A stretch of DNA of 64,000 nucleotides, taken from contig JAITNJ010000012.1 in the NCBI GenBank assembly GCA_031290545.1, forward strand, positions 20,273 through 84,272, written 5' to 3'. The stretch is from Rhodospirillaceae bacterium. GTDB taxonomy: Bacteria; Pseudomonadota; Alphaproteobacteria; Rhodospirillales; Magnetospirillaceae. Positions 10,675 through 21,074 of this stretch are shown here, piece after piece. Both the position numbers and the translations under genes were made by a program. Under the pieces are notes generated by a model. That model had not been told where the DNA came from. It worked only from the letters and a program-made list of their open reading frames with translations, and did not search any database. How positions within the stretch are numbered: position 1 is the stretch's first letter; each line of letters begins with the position of its first letter.

Positions 10675-10710
10675 ACAAGAAATTTATTATTTAAATAATA
10701 AATTTCTTGT
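10675..10710 (+). terminator. Perfect 36-nt palindrome beginning 2 nt after the trmB stop; putative terminator
   Basis: acaagaaatttattattt/aaataataaatttcttgt pairs at every position (checked base by base). A T5 run follows 6 nt later. Confidence 0.45.
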
Positions 10711-11108
10711 AAGTAATTTTTGATAGCTTATAATGTACCAAATATGATCGAAATACGGAATATTTAAGTATTTTCATCTTGTCCTTGAATTGGATAATTT
10801 CTCTATTGTTAATCTGTAATCAAGTGTTTATTGTATTAAGGCACTTATCGGATTATAAATAATCATTGTGTTGCTTTATTATTGGATCATTGATTTTTGA
10901 AGATATTTTAACATCAATTCAAGCGACAAAACTTAGATAATATTAGTAGATTTTTAACTAAAATTTCGCTAAGCCCCCCGTATTTATCAATAATATTTTT
11001 TGTATTTTGTAAAAATTGTTAGCTGGTTGTAAACAATATCTTTTAAAAACAAGCATTAATTATACTTTCTTATGCACTAACGAAAAGTAATGAACTAAGA
11101 ACAGATTC

Positions 11109-12659
11109 ATGGAACAAACAATATATCAACGCAACGAACTTCTCCAAATCGCCGATGCGGTTGCTCGTGATAAAGGTATAGATCGTGATGAAATTTTGAT
11201 AGCTATGGAACAAGCCATTCAAAAAGTTGGGTGTTCCAAATACGGCTATGAATATGACATTCGCGCTCATATTGACCGTAAAACAGGTGAAATTAAATTG
11301 TTGCGTTTTATGGAAATAGTTGAAACAGTTGTAAATGAAACTACGCAAATAGATATAGAACATGCAAAACTCAAAAAATCAAATGCTATTTTGGGCGATT
11401 TCATTATTGATTACTTGCCACCAATAGATTATGGACGCGTTGCTGCATATACAGCAAAACGAATAATAGTTAAAAAAGTTCATGAAATCGAACGACAACA
11501 TCAGTTTTTCGAATTCAAAAATCGCATTGGAGAAATAGTCAGTGGTTTAGTTAAGCGCGTAGAATTTGGTAATGTAATTATAGATCTCAGTCGTGCTGAA
11601 GCATTGTTAACTAAAGATAATTTAATTCCTCGTGAAACATTTCGTATTGGTGATCGAGTTCGCGCATATATCAATGACGTTAGGCAAGAATCAAAAGGAC
11701 CACAGATTTTTTTATCACGTACACATCCTCAATTTATGGGAAAGCTATTTACCCAGGAAGTTCCAGAAATATACGATGGAATCATAGAGATCAAAAAGAT
11801 TGCTAGAGATCCAGGTTCACGAGCTAAAATTGCCGTAATAAGTCGAGATTCTGGAATTGATCCTGTAGGTTCTTGTATTGGAGTACGCGGTAGTCGTGTG
11901 CAAGTAATAGTCGCTGAATTGCAGGGTGAAAAAGTTGATATTATCCCATGGTCGTCAGATCCAATTACATTTGTTGTAAATAGTTTGGTTCCAGCTGAAG
12001 TAACGAGAGTTATTCTTGATGAAGAGGTTAATCGCATAGAAGTTATAGTTTCTGAGGATCAGTTAAGTTTGGCTATTGGACGTCGTGGTCAAAATGTCCG
12101 TCTGGCTTCACAATTAACGGGATGGAATATCGATATTCTTACTGAAGATGAGGAATCTAATAGACGCACTAAAGAATTCAAATTACGATCTGATTTATTC
12201 ATTGAAGTACTTAGTGTTGATGATGTTATTGCACGTCTATTAATTGCTGAAGGATTCTCATCAGTCGAAGAGATAGCTTTAGTGCCATTAGACAACCTAA
12301 TTGATATCGAAGGCTTTGATGAAACTACTGCTAATGATTTACAACAACGTGCCAGAGATTTTCTTGAAGAACGTGATAAACACGATATAAAATGCAGTAA
12401 AGAGCTTGGCGTAACTGATGATCTAGCGAAAATTGTTAATTTGCCATCCAATGTGTTGTTAGAGCTAGGTAAAAATGGAATTAAAACATTAGATGATCTT
12501 GCCGATTTGGCAAATGACGAATTGATAGAAATAATAGGTTCTGATAAACTGAGTCTCAATGAGGCCAATGATATAATCATAAAAGCACGTGCCCATTGGT
12601 TTGATGATCAAATTGATGATCAAGATAAGTTTAACAAAGAAGAAATCAAAATTAACTAG
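11109..12659 (+). CDS. nusA: Transcription termination/antitermination factor NusA
   Basis: 516 aa with an S1 domain, KH domains (GACIGVRGSRVQ-like GSCIGVRGSRVQ, LAIGRRGQNVRLASQLTGW) and a C-terminal acidic HhH repeat region. Confidence 0.96.
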   Translation: MEQTIYQRNELLQIADAVARDKGIDRDEILIAMEQAIQKVGCSKYGYEYDIRAHIDRKTGEIKLLRFMEIVETVVNETTQIDIEHAKLKKSNAILGDFIIDYLPPIDYGRVAAYTAKRIIVKKVHEIERQHQFFEFKNRIGEIVSGLVKRVEFGNVIIDLSRAEALLTKDNLIPRETFRIGDRVRAYINDVRQESKGPQIFLSRTHPQFMGKLFTQEVPEIYDGIIEIKKIARDPGSRAKIAVISRDSGIDPVGSCIGVRGSRVQVIVAELQGEKVDIIPWSSDPITFVVNSLVPAEVTRVILDEEVNRIEVIVSEDQLSLAIGRRGQNVRLASQLTGWNIDILTEDEESNRRTKEFKLRSDLFIEVLSVDDVIARLLIAEGFSSVEEIALVPLDNLIDIEGFDETTANDLQQRARDFLEERDKHDIKCSKELGVTDDLAKIVNLPSNVLLELGKNGIKTLDDLADLANDELIEIIGSDKLSLNEANDIIIKARAHWFDDQIDDQDKFNKEEIKIN

Positions 12660-12840
12660 TTGGTGGTATATTAGTACATTTAGTGCTTTGCAATTTTATT
12701 ATAACTGTGTTAGTTCTGATGCAGACTATTTGAATAATAAAAACTAATAATATGACAAAAAATCGTTATCTTAGTGTAAATAAGAATAAGATTTCATATG
12801 ATAAATATAACTTTCGCAGAAGCAAGAATGAATCAAAATA

Positions 12841-15336
12841 ATGCCAGATTTTAATGATCCTATCAAAAAAACACCACTAAGATTTTCACATAACAAACTT
12901 GAATTAAAAAACACTGTGGAAAGTGGTCATGTGCGTCAGAGTTTTTCACACGGACGTTCTAAATTAGTAACTGTAGAAGTTCGTAAAAAACGAACTTTTG
13001 TTACAAACGTAGGTGGAGTTTTACACGAAGTAAAAGATAGTTTAAAATCTTTGAGATTAAAACAAGATACTGTTTCAAATGAAGATGAACTGCTGCAATA
13101 CTCCACTTCTAATAAATATGACAACCTAACATCAAATGAAAAAGCCACTCGCATACGTGTTCTACAAGAAGCAATAAGAACTAATGAAATATTACTACAA
13201 CAACAAATTACAATTGTTGATAATGAATTACCTATTAGTCAATTAGCTTCTGAAGAAACTAATTTAACTGCAAAGAACAAAGAGATCGATCTTAAGTCAG
13301 AAATTAGTCCTGATATAATCAGCTCAGATAACACTCCTATTGTAACTTCTATTAAAACAGTTACTGAGAAAAGACATGATAAATATCTAGAGCAAGAAGC
13401 CCCACACAAACCATCATCAGCTGTAAAACGAATAAAATTGCACCGTCGTGAAGGTAAAATAACTGTTGCAGTTGCACTAAACGATGATGATCGTACTCAA
13501 CGAAGTCGTTCGCTTGCTGCAGTAAAGCGTGCACGCGAGCGTGATCGATTAAAAAATCTACAGAAATCTACAGAAAAGATAATTCGTGAAGTCATAGTTC
13601 CTGAAACAATCACAATTCAAGAGTTGTCCATTCGTATGGCTGAGCGTAGTGCCGCTGTAATTAAGTGTTTAATGCATAATGGTGTTATGGCAACAATTAA
13701 TCAAACTATAGATGCTGATACTGCTGAATTGGTAATTTCAGAATTCGGTCACATTGCTAAACGCACTACAGATTCAGATGTTGAAATCGGTCTTTTTAAA
13801 AAAATAGATACTGAGGATAATTTGATTCCACGTCCGCCAGTAGTTACAGTTATGGGTCATGTTGATCATGGCAAAACTTCTTTGCTTGATGCTCTACGTA
13901 ACACAGATATAGTGTCAAAAGAGTCAGGCGGTATCACTCAACATATAGGTGCATATCAAGTGATCCTTCATGGAGATAGGCGTATTACTTTTATTGATAC
14001 ACCTGGCCATGAAGCTTTCACTGCCATGCGAAGCCGTGGTGCCAATATAACTGATATTGTAATTCTTGTAATAGCTGCAGATGATGGTATTATGCCACAG
14101 ACAATAGAAGCGATTCATCATGCTAAAGTAGCTAAAGTACCAATAATCGTAGCTATTAACAAAATTGATAGGCCAAATGCTAATGCAGATAGCATTCGTC
14201 AAAAACTACTACAGCATGATCTTATTACAGAAAAATTAGGCGGAGATGTTCTTGATGTTGAGATCTCAGCTAAAAACCGAATCAATCTTGATAAACTTGA
14301 AGAAGCGATCTTTTTACAATCTGAAATTCTCGATCTTAAAGCCAATCCAAACAAAATTGCACGTGGTGTTGTTATTGAAGCAAAAGTAGAACACGGTCGT
14401 GGTTCGGTAGCAACAATTATCGTACAAAATGGAACTTTACATGTAGGTGACATATTCGTGGTTGGAACTGAGTGGGGCCGCGTACGAGCTCTAATCGATG
14501 ATCATAATAACAAAATCGAACAGGCTACACCTTCAACTTCAGTTGAAGTTCTTGGTTTATCAGGAACACCTATTGTTGGTGATGATTTCATTGTTGTTGA
14601 AACTGAAATAAGAGCGCGTGAAGTAGCTAGTTATCGTCAAAATAAAAAACGTTCAGACAGAGTAATTGCTGGTGCGCGCGGAACTTTGGAAGAAATGTTC
14701 GCTAAAATAACTGGTGGTGAAATTAAAGAACTTCCTGTTATTATTAAGGGTGATGTGCAGGGTTCAGTAGAGGCTATATCTACAGTCTTAGAACAAGTAA
14801 ATGTTAATGAAATCAAAGCACATGTTTTACATTCTGCGGTTGGCAATATCAATGAGTCTGATATCACGTTAGCAAAAGCTTTCAGCGCTCTAATAATTGG
14901 GTTTAATATTAGAGCTAGCTCGCAAATTCGTGATATAGCACATCACAATAATGTCGATATCAGATATTATTCTATCATTTACGATGTAGTAAATGATATT
15001 AGTCAAATGCTAACAAGTATGATGGCACCAATATTAAAAGAACACTTTCTTGGTAACGCCGAAATTCGCGAAGCATTTTCTATAAGCAAATTTGGTAAAA
15101 TAGCAGGGTGTTTAATTACAGAAGGTATGGTTAAACGTGGAGCTAAGGTTCGTTTATTACGTGATAGTGTAGTAATACATGAAGGAACGCTTGATCAACT
15201 AAAGCGCTTTAAGGATAACGTTCGTGAAGTGCGTGAAGGCTACGAATGCGGCATATCATTCGAAAATTATAACGACATTAAAATAGGTGATATTATTGAG
15301 TGCTATGAAATAAAAGAGATTGTCGCAACTGTTTAA
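12841..15336 (+). CDS. infB: Translation initiation factor IF-2
   Basis: 831 aa with the GTPase motifs [24 protein letters not shown] and NKID. Confidence 0.97.
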   Translation: MPDFNDPIKKTPLRFSHNKLELKNTVESGHVRQSFSHGRSKLVTVEVRKKRTFVTNVGGVLHEVKDSLKSLRLKQDTVSNEDELLQYSTSNKYDNLTSNEKATRIRVLQEAIRTNEILLQQQITIVDNELPISQLASEETNLTAKNKEIDLKSEISPDIISSDNTPIVTSIKTVTEKRHDKYLEQEAPHKPSSAVKRIKLHRREGKITVAVALNDDDRTQRSRSLAAVKRARERDRLKNLQKSTEKIIREVIVPETITIQELSIRMAERSAAVIKCLMHNGVMATINQTIDADTAELVISEFGHIAKRTTDSDVEIGLFKKIDTEDNLIPRPPVVTVMGHVDHGKTSLLDALRNTDIVSKESGGITQHIGAYQVILHGDRRITFIDTPGHEAFTAMRSRGANITDIVILVIAADDGIMPQTIEAIHHAKVAKVPIIVAINKIDRPNANADSIRQKLLQHDLITEKLGGDVLDVEISAKNRINLDKLEEAIFLQSEILDLKANPNKIARGVVIEAKVEHGRGSVATIIVQNGTLHVGDIFVVGTEWGRVRALIDDHNNKIEQATPSTSVEVLGLSGTPIVGDDFIVVETEIRAREVASYRQNKKRSDRVIAGARGTLEEMFAKITGGEIKELPVIIKGDVQGSVEAISTVLEQVNVNEIKAHVLHSAVGNINESDITLAKAFSALIIGFNIRASSQIRDIAHHNNVDIRYYSIIYDVVNDISQMLTSMMAPILKEHFLGNAEIREAFSISKFGKIAGCLITEGMVKRGAKVRLLRDSVVIHEGTLDQLKRFKDNVREVREGYECGISFENYNDIKIGDIIECYEIKEIVATV

Positions 15337-15378
15337 GTAATTGTTTTTTGTCAAATTATCATTCAATGGAACTTATTT

Positions 15379-15786
15379 ATGGACTGTAAACAACAAACAC
15401 TGAGCAAGCGGCAGCTTCGTGTTGGTGAGGGATTGCGTCGTGCTATTGCTAATGTTTTGGAATATGCTAATCTTCACGATGATAATTTAAATCCTCGTTC
15501 TATTACAGTCACTGAAGTAACGATTAATAGGGATCTTAGCAATGCAACAGTTTTTATTACGCCATTAAGTTGCATAGATGCTTCCGACTTGTTAACCAAA
15601 TTAAAAAATTTAACTCCTTGTATACGTCATAAAGTTGCTAAGCTAGTTCATTTAAGAATAGTACCTAATCTTATTTTTGTCCCTGATAATACGTTATATA
15701 ATGTCAGTAGAATCGAAGAAATTCTACACAATCCAAAAGTAAGGAATGATTTGATTACTAATTTATGTATCGATGATAATAATTAA
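15379..15786 (+). CDS. rbfA: Ribosome-binding factor A
   Basis: 135 aa. RQLRVGEGLRRAIANVL...ITVTEVTINRDLSNATVFITPL fits RbfA, and it sits in the conserved position after infB. Confidence 0.88.
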   Translation: MDCKQQTLSKRQLRVGEGLRRAIANVLEYANLHDDNLNPRSITVTEVTINRDLSNATVFITPLSCIDASDLLTKLKNLTPCIRHKVAKLVHLRIVPNLIFVPDNTLYNVSRIEEILHNPKVRNDLITNLCIDDNN

Positions 15787-15877
15787 CGTCTAATTTAATT
15801 ATTAAACCAAAATGATGTAGCATGTAGTAAAATTCTAAATGATTCAAGCTTCTCTCGATAAATGATTGGATAATAAT

Positions 15878-15905
15878 GTTGTGATATATAAGTTGTGATA
15901 TATAA
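15878..15905 (+). repeat. Perfect tandem duplication of a 14-nt unit (gttgtgatatataa x2) spanning the truB start codon
   Basis: Read directly: taataat[gttgtgatatataa][gttgtgatatataa]aaatcgg. The GTG of copy 2 (15895) opens the truB ORF. The GTG of copy 1 runs into a stop after 5 codons. Confidence 0.9.
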
Positions 15906-16821
15906 AAATCGGAAAATTCTTGTTAATGGTTGGATTGCTATTGACAAACCATTAGGGATTACCTCTGCAAATGTTGTGACCAAAGTTCGTAGTCTTACAG
16001 GTGTAGCCAAAATTGGACATGGCGGAACTTTAGATCCGCTAGCCAGTGGAATATTACCACTCGCGCTTGGTGAAGCAACTAAAACAATAGCTTATGTAAT
16101 GAATAGCTCCAAGACTTATCGATGTAATATTACTTGGGGTGAATCTCGTAGCACAGATGACAGTGATGGCGATATTATTGATATTAATAATAAACGGCCA
16201 AACATTGATGAAATTAAGATTGCTATAAATCAATTTATAGGTAAGATTGAGCAAATACCACCGATCTATTCAGCAGTGAAAATCAATGGTCAGCGTGCCT
16301 ATGATTTAGCGAGAAAAAAGAAACATGTAAATATCAAATCAAGAACCGTACAGATCAATAGTTTTGTACTTACAAAAGCAAGTAAACAGGTGGCTACATT
16401 TGAAATCAATTGTGAAAAAGGTACTTATATACGATCTTTAGCTCGTGATTTAGCTAAGACTTTAGGTACAGTTGGATATGTATCAGAATTAAGAAGGACT
16501 ATTTGTGGTTCGTTTAATGAATTGAACGCAATTTCTCTGGATATGCTAAAAAATTTTGATTACAAATTAGGATTTGACAATTTAGTGCTTCCAGTTGAGA
16601 CTGTTCTAAATAATGTTCCTTCTTTGGTATTGACAGCAGATGAAGCTCATCGTTTAAAAAATGGACAATCTATACCAATATCAAAACTTATGGAACGAAA
16701 TCCTGGTATGTATTTATTTCTAACTGGTACCACTGTGCAAACCCTATTCGAGAACAGGTTAATAGCGCTGGCTCGTATTGATGACGTGGAATTATATCCA
16801 GTACGTGTATTGAATCTTTGA
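15895..16821 (+). CDS. truB: tRNA pseudouridine55 synthase
   Basis: 308 aa with NGWIAIDKPLGITS, GHGGTLDPLASGILPL and KGTYIRSLARDL. The start is GTG. Confidence 0.94.
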   Translation: MIYKNRKILVNGWIAIDKPLGITSANVVTKVRSLTGVAKIGHGGTLDPLASGILPLALGEATKTIAYVMNSSKTYRCNITWGESRSTDDSDGDIIDINNKRPNIDEIKIAINQFIGKIEQIPPIYSAVKINGQRAYDLARKKKHVNIKSRTVQINSFVLTKASKQVATFEINCEKGTYIRSLARDLAKTLGTVGYVSELRRTICGSFNELNAISLDMLKNFDYKLGFDNLVLPVETVLNNVPSLVLTADEAHRLKNGQSIPISKLMERNPGMYLFLTGTTVQTLFENRLIALARIDDVELYPVRVLNL

Positions 16822-16836
16822 ATAACGGAGTGATTA

Positions 16837-17106
16837 ATGTCGATCAGCGCTGAACGTAAACAAGAACTTATTAAAGAATATGCTATTACAGAAACTGATA
16901 CTGGATCACCTGAAGTCCAAATAGCAATTTTGTCAGAACGTATTCATAATTTAACCAGCCATTTTAAAGAACATAAAAAAGATTATCATTCACGTCGTGG
17001 TTTGTTAATTATGGTTGGTCATCGACGACGTTTACTAGATTATCTAAAGGCAAAGAATATTTCCAATTACAAGCAACTGATTACTCGTCTTGGTTTGAGA
17101 AAGTAA
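16837..17106 (+). CDS. rpsO: 30S ribosomal protein S15
   Basis: 89 aa with [36 protein letters not shown]. Confidence 0.96.
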   Translation: MSISAERKQELIKEYAITETDTGSPEVQIAILSERIHNLTSHFKEHKKDYHSRRGLLIMVGHRRRLLDYLKAKNISNYKQLITRLGLRK

Positions 17107-17204
17107 ATTTTGCTAGACATACTCTATAGACAAAATTGTTTCATAGCTCGTGAAATTCGTTCGAGTTATGCGCACTTATATCAGCACAATTTATCAACAG
17201 CCGT

Positions 17205-17248
17205 ATTCACTAGGTTATCTGTTTTATAAAACGGATAACCTAGTGAAT
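17205..17248 (+). promoter_or_regulatory. 20-bp stem / 4-nt loop hairpin in the rpsO-pnp spacer; candidate pnp leader processing or autoregulation hairpin, or rpsO terminator
   Basis: attcactaggttatctgttt-tata-aaacggataacctagtgaat has 19 Watson-Crick pairs plus one G-U (checked base by base). It ends 31 nt before the pnp ATG and is not followed by a U-run. Confidence 0.5.
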
Positions 17249-17279
17249 TTAAATGCTATCATAAATAAGGAAATACTAC

Positions 17280-19394
17280 ATGTCTATGTTTAATTATTTT
17301 CGCAAAGAACTAATTTGGGGTAATCGCCAGCTAATTTTAGAAACTGGCAAGATAGCCAGACAAGCAGATGGTGCTGTTTTAGCTACATACGGAGAAACCA
17401 AGGTGCTGTGTACTGTTGTTGGAGCCAAGTTGTCAAATCCAAATAACGATTTTTTCCCATTAACAGTAAATTATCAAGAAAAAACATTTGCCACTGGTAA
17501 AATTCCTGGAGGATTCTTTAAAAGAGAAGGTCGTCCTAGTGAAAAAGAAATTTTAGTATCACGAATGATCGATCGGCCAATACGTCCATTATTTGCCGAC
17601 GGTTTCTACAATGAGACTCAAGTAATCTGCACAGTGTTATCAAACGATCTAGAAAATGATCCTAGTATCGTTGCTATAATCGGAGCATCAGCAGCCTTAA
17701 CTATATCAGGTATTCCATTCATTGGTCCAATTGGTGCTGCTTGCATAGGTTATATCGATGGACAATATTTACTTAACCCTACTTATGAACAACTTACTCA
17801 ATCATCATTAGAAATGATAGTAGCCGGAACAACCAAGGGTGTGTTAATGGTAGAATCTGAAGCTAAAGAACTATCAGAAGAAGTCATGCTTGGCGCAGTC
17901 ACTTTTGGTCACAATAGCTTTCAGCAAATTATAAAGACAATTATCGAATTAGCTGAACTTTGTGCTAAAGATCCTTGGACTCTAAATTCATTAATATCAG
18001 AAAGAGCTTTAGTTAATGAAAAACTAATAGCAGGTGGAATCTCTACTATTATAGAAGATGCTTATAATATATCTAATAAGCAAGATCGTCACACTAAGAT
18101 TGACAATGCTAAAGCCATGGCAATTGAAATATTAAGTGATAATACTGATGAGTTAGCAATTTTATCTAGAGTATTCAGTGATCTAGAATTTAATATTATG
18201 CGCAATAAAATTTTTAATACAGGCATTCGTATAGATGGTCGTGATACCAAAACAGTACGTCCAATCAGCATCGATGTTGGTATTTTACCGCGAACACACG
18301 GATCGGCTTTATTTACTCGTGGAGAAACTCAAGCATTAGTAGTTACCACCCTTGGTACAGGTCAAGATGAACAAATAATTGATGCACTAGAGGGTGAATA
18401 TCGAGAGTGTTTTATGTTACATTACAACTTTCCACCATATTCAGTTGGTGAAATTAAATATATTGGCTCACCAAATCGTCGTGAAATAGGTCATGGTAAA
18501 TTGGCTTGGAGAGCAATTCATCCGATTTTACCAACAAAAGAGGTTTTCCCATATACAGTACGTGTTGTATCTGAAATTACAGAATCCAATGGTTCTTCTT
18601 CAATGGCAACTGTGTGCGGATCTTCATTATCTCTAATGGATGCTGGTGTCCCATTATCACGTCCAGTAGCTGGTATCGCTATGGGTCTAATAAAGAAAAA
18701 CGATAATTTTATTGTATTAACAGACATAATTGGGGATGAAGATCATTTGGGAGATATGGATTTCAAAGTAGCCGGTACAGAAGTTGGTATTACAGCCTTA
18801 CAGATGGACATCAAAATTACTTCAATTACAGAAGAAATTATGAAAACTTCTCTCAATCAAGCAAAGATCGGTCGTTTACATATTTTAAAAGAAATGACTA
18901 AAGTATTAAAACATTCTCGAGAAACTATAAGCAAAAATGCGCCGAGTATTGTAACTTTCTCGATTCCAAAAGAAAAGATTCGTGAAATAATTGGTACTGG
19001 AGGTAAGGTAATTCGCGAGATCTGTGAACAGACTGGAGCTAAAATTGACATTGAAGATGATGGAACTATCAAAGTAGCTTCTATAAATTCCAACGCAGGT
19101 CAGCGTGCTATGGATTGGATAAAAAATATCGTTGCAGAACCAAAAATTGGATGTATTTACAATGGAAAAGTAGTTAAAGTTGCTGATTTTGGTGCTTTCG
19201 TAAATTTTTTAGGATCAACTGATGGTTTAATTCATATATCCGAATTAGCATCAAAACGAATAGGAAAGGTGACCGATATTGTAAATGTTGGAGATTCTAT
19301 CAAAGTAAAAATCATTGGATTTGACGATCGTGGCAGAGTAAAATTATCGTTAAAACAAGTTAATCAAGATACTGGTGAAGATTTAATAAATTAA
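17280..19394 (+). CDS. pnp: Polyribonucleotide nucleotidyltransferase (PNPase)
   Basis: 704 aa with [14 protein letters not shown], two RNase PH domains, and KH ([10 protein letters not shown]) and S1 C-terminal domains. Confidence 0.97.
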   Translation: MSMFNYFRKELIWGNRQLILETGKIARQADGAVLATYGETKVLCTVVGAKLSNPNNDFFPLTVNYQEKTFATGKIPGGFFKREGRPSEKEILVSRMIDRPIRPLFADGFYNETQVICTVLSNDLENDPSIVAIIGASAALTISGIPFIGPIGAACIGYIDGQYLLNPTYEQLTQSSLEMIVAGTTKGVLMVESEAKELSEEVMLGAVTFGHNSFQQIIKTIIELAELCAKDPWTLNSLISERALVNEKLIAGGISTIIEDAYNISNKQDRHTKIDNAKAMAIEILSDNTDELAILSRVFSDLEFNIMRNKIFNTGIRIDGRDTKTVRPISIDVGILPRTHGSALFTRGETQALVVTTLGTGQDEQIIDALEGEYRECFMLHYNFPPYSVGEIKYIGSPNRREIGHGKLAWRAIHPILPTKEVFPYTVRVVSEITESNGSSSMATVCGSSLSLMDAGVPLSRPVAGIAMGLIKKNDNFIVLTDIIGDEDHLGDMDFKVAGTEVGITALQMDIKITSITEEIMKTSLNQAKIGRLHILKEMTKVLKHSRETISKNAPSIVTFSIPKEKIREIIGTGGKVIREICEQTGAKIDIEDDGTIKVASINSNAGQRAMDWIKNIVAEPKIGCIYNGKVVKVADFGAFVNFLGSTDGLIHISELASKRIGKVTDIVNVGDSIKVKIIGFDDRGRVKLSLKQVNQDTGEDLIN

Positions 19395-19517
19395 TATATG
19401 GAGCGATTTTGCAAATCCAAAACATGTATTTTCTATCAAGCTAAATATGTTTTTATTTATTAAAAATTTACTGATATTTAAGAAAAATATAATTAGATAT
19501 AGGTAAATTTTTACAAA

Positions 19518-20954
19518 TTGCTTTTTAAATTCGCGAGTAGTCACAATAGAATTGGTGTCATTGTGAACAAATTGAATTCTTTAATAATTTCTGGTCGCGA
19601 AGTTCTACCTTTAGTAGAAGGTGGTAAAGGTATTGCTATTTCAACAGGAGAAAGTTCTGCAGCCTGGACTAATGCTGGTGCTGTAGGAACTTTTTCTGGC
19701 GTTAATGCTGATTATTATGATGAAAATGGCAAATTTATACCTATTATTTATCGTGGCAAAACTCGGAATGAACGACATGATGAATTAATAAGTTACGCAA
19801 TTCGTGGTGGTATTTCTCAAGCTAGAATTGCACATGACAAATCAGATGGATATGGATGTATTCATATGAATGTGCTGTGGGAAATGGGTGGTGCTGAACA
19901 CATCTTACGTGGTGTATTAGATGGCGCTAGGGGCCTGATCCATGGAGTAACTTGTGGTGCTGGTATGCCATATAAACTGGCTGAAATTGTCACATCTTAT
20001 GGAGTATATTATTATCCGATCATTTCTTCAGCACGTGCCCTAAGTGCTTTATGGAGACGTACTTATCACAAATTCTCAGAGTGGTTAGGTGCAGTTGTTT
20101 ATGAAGATCCTTGGTTAGCTGGAGGTCATAATGGTTTATCTAACTCAGAGAATCCAAAACAACCACAACCGCCATTACCACGAGTGCTTGAATTACGCGC
20201 AACAATGCGACAACTCGGAATTCCTGAAATACCTATTTTTATGGCAGGAGGTGTTTGGTATTTAAGAGATTGGACTGATTTTTTAGATAATACCGATGTT
20301 GGTCCACTAGCTTTCCAATTTGGTACACGTTCTTTATTAACTCAAGAAAGTTCAATTTTAAATTCTTGGAAAAGCCGTCTATTTAACCTAAAACCAAAAG
20401 ACGTATTGTTACATAATTTTAGTCCAACTGGTTTTTATTCATCATCAATTAAAAATAATTTCATAAACGAATTATGCGAACGAATAGATCATCAAGTTTC
20501 TTATTCAAAAGAGATGATTGGGGATTACACATCAGAATTGTCAATTGGATCAACTATAGTTTATGTAAAACCTAACGATCTAATAAATATTGATATATGG
20601 ATTACACATGGATTTAATAAACCTTTACGAACTCCAGATTCAACATTGATTTTTGTAACACCTGAACGCGCTAAAATGATTTATCGTGATCAAACAAATT
20701 GTGTTGGATGTCTATCAGCATGTAAATTTTCAGGTTGGACACAAACTAAATCAAAGATCAAAACTAAAAAAGCCGATCCGAGAAGCTTCTGTATTCAAAA
20801 AACACTCCAAAGTATCGCTCATGGTGGTGATACAGATAACGAACTAATGTTTGCAGGACATAGCGCTCATCTATTTTCTAGTGATCCGTTCTATGCTAAC
20901 GGATTTATTCCAACAGTACGCCAATTGGTCGATCGCATACAAACTGGAGATTAA
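19518..20954 (+). CDS. Long nitronate monooxygenase / 2-nitropropane dioxygenase (NMO) family FMN oxidoreductase; physiological role unknown
   Basis: 478 aa. LPLVEGGKGIAIST, GVTCGAGMPY, IPIFMAGGVWY and FQFGTRSLLTQES resemble the TIM-barrel NMO family. A C-terminal extension of about 150 aa carries CVGCLSAC. The true start is uncertain: TTG at 19518 in the track, with an in-frame GTG at 19563. Confidence 0.6.
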   Translation: MLFKFASSHNRIGVIVNKLNSLIISGREVLPLVEGGKGIAISTGESSAAWTNAGAVGTFSGVNADYYDENGKFIPIIYRGKTRNERHDELISYAIRGGISQARIAHDKSDGYGCIHMNVLWEMGGAEHILRGVLDGARGLIHGVTCGAGMPYKLAEIVTSYGVYYYPIISSARALSALWRRTYHKFSEWLGAVVYEDPWLAGGHNGLSNSENPKQPQPPLPRVLELRATMRQLGIPEIPIFMAGGVWYLRDWTDFLDNTDVGPLAFQFGTRSLLTQESSILNSWKSRLFNLKPKDVLLHNFSPTGFYSSSIKNNFINELCERIDHQVSYSKEMIGDYTSELSIGSTIVYVKPNDLINIDIWITHGFNKPLRTPDSTLIFVTPERAKMIYRDQTNCVGCLSACKFSGWTQTKSKIKTKKADPRSFCIQKTLQSIAHGGDTDNELMFAGHSAHLFSSDPFYANGFIPTVRQLVDRIQTGD

Positions 20955-20972
20955 TATCTTTATTTGTAGTTA

Positions 20973-20999
20973 ATTTTTTGTTCTTTATGAACAAAAAAT
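20973..20999. terminator. 11-bp AT-rich hairpin between the convergent NMO-family gene and atpC
   Basis: attttttgttc-tttat-gaacaaaaaat. The T/A tracts are inside the stem rather than trailing it, so it is not a textbook intrinsic terminator. Confidence 0.3.
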
Positions 21000-21074
21000 A
21001 GATGATATTTAGGATTAAATAAGTGTTAATTTAATTTTGTTCAGATATCTGACAATCAAACTAATCTTTCATTA

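Noticed and set aside
11729-12580. 102-aa and 163-aa ORFs on the - strand
   Set aside because: Both are antisense to nusA. They are Ser/Leu-rich mirror translations of an acidic coding region, so they are shadow ORFs.
15795-16010. 71-aa ORF on the - strand across the rbfA-truB spacer and the truB start. The ORFs at 11070-11363, 22450-22760, 31184-32182, 48812-49274 and others are similar.
   Set aside because: All are antisense to, or overlap, strongly supported genes. They have low-complexity products and no RBS.
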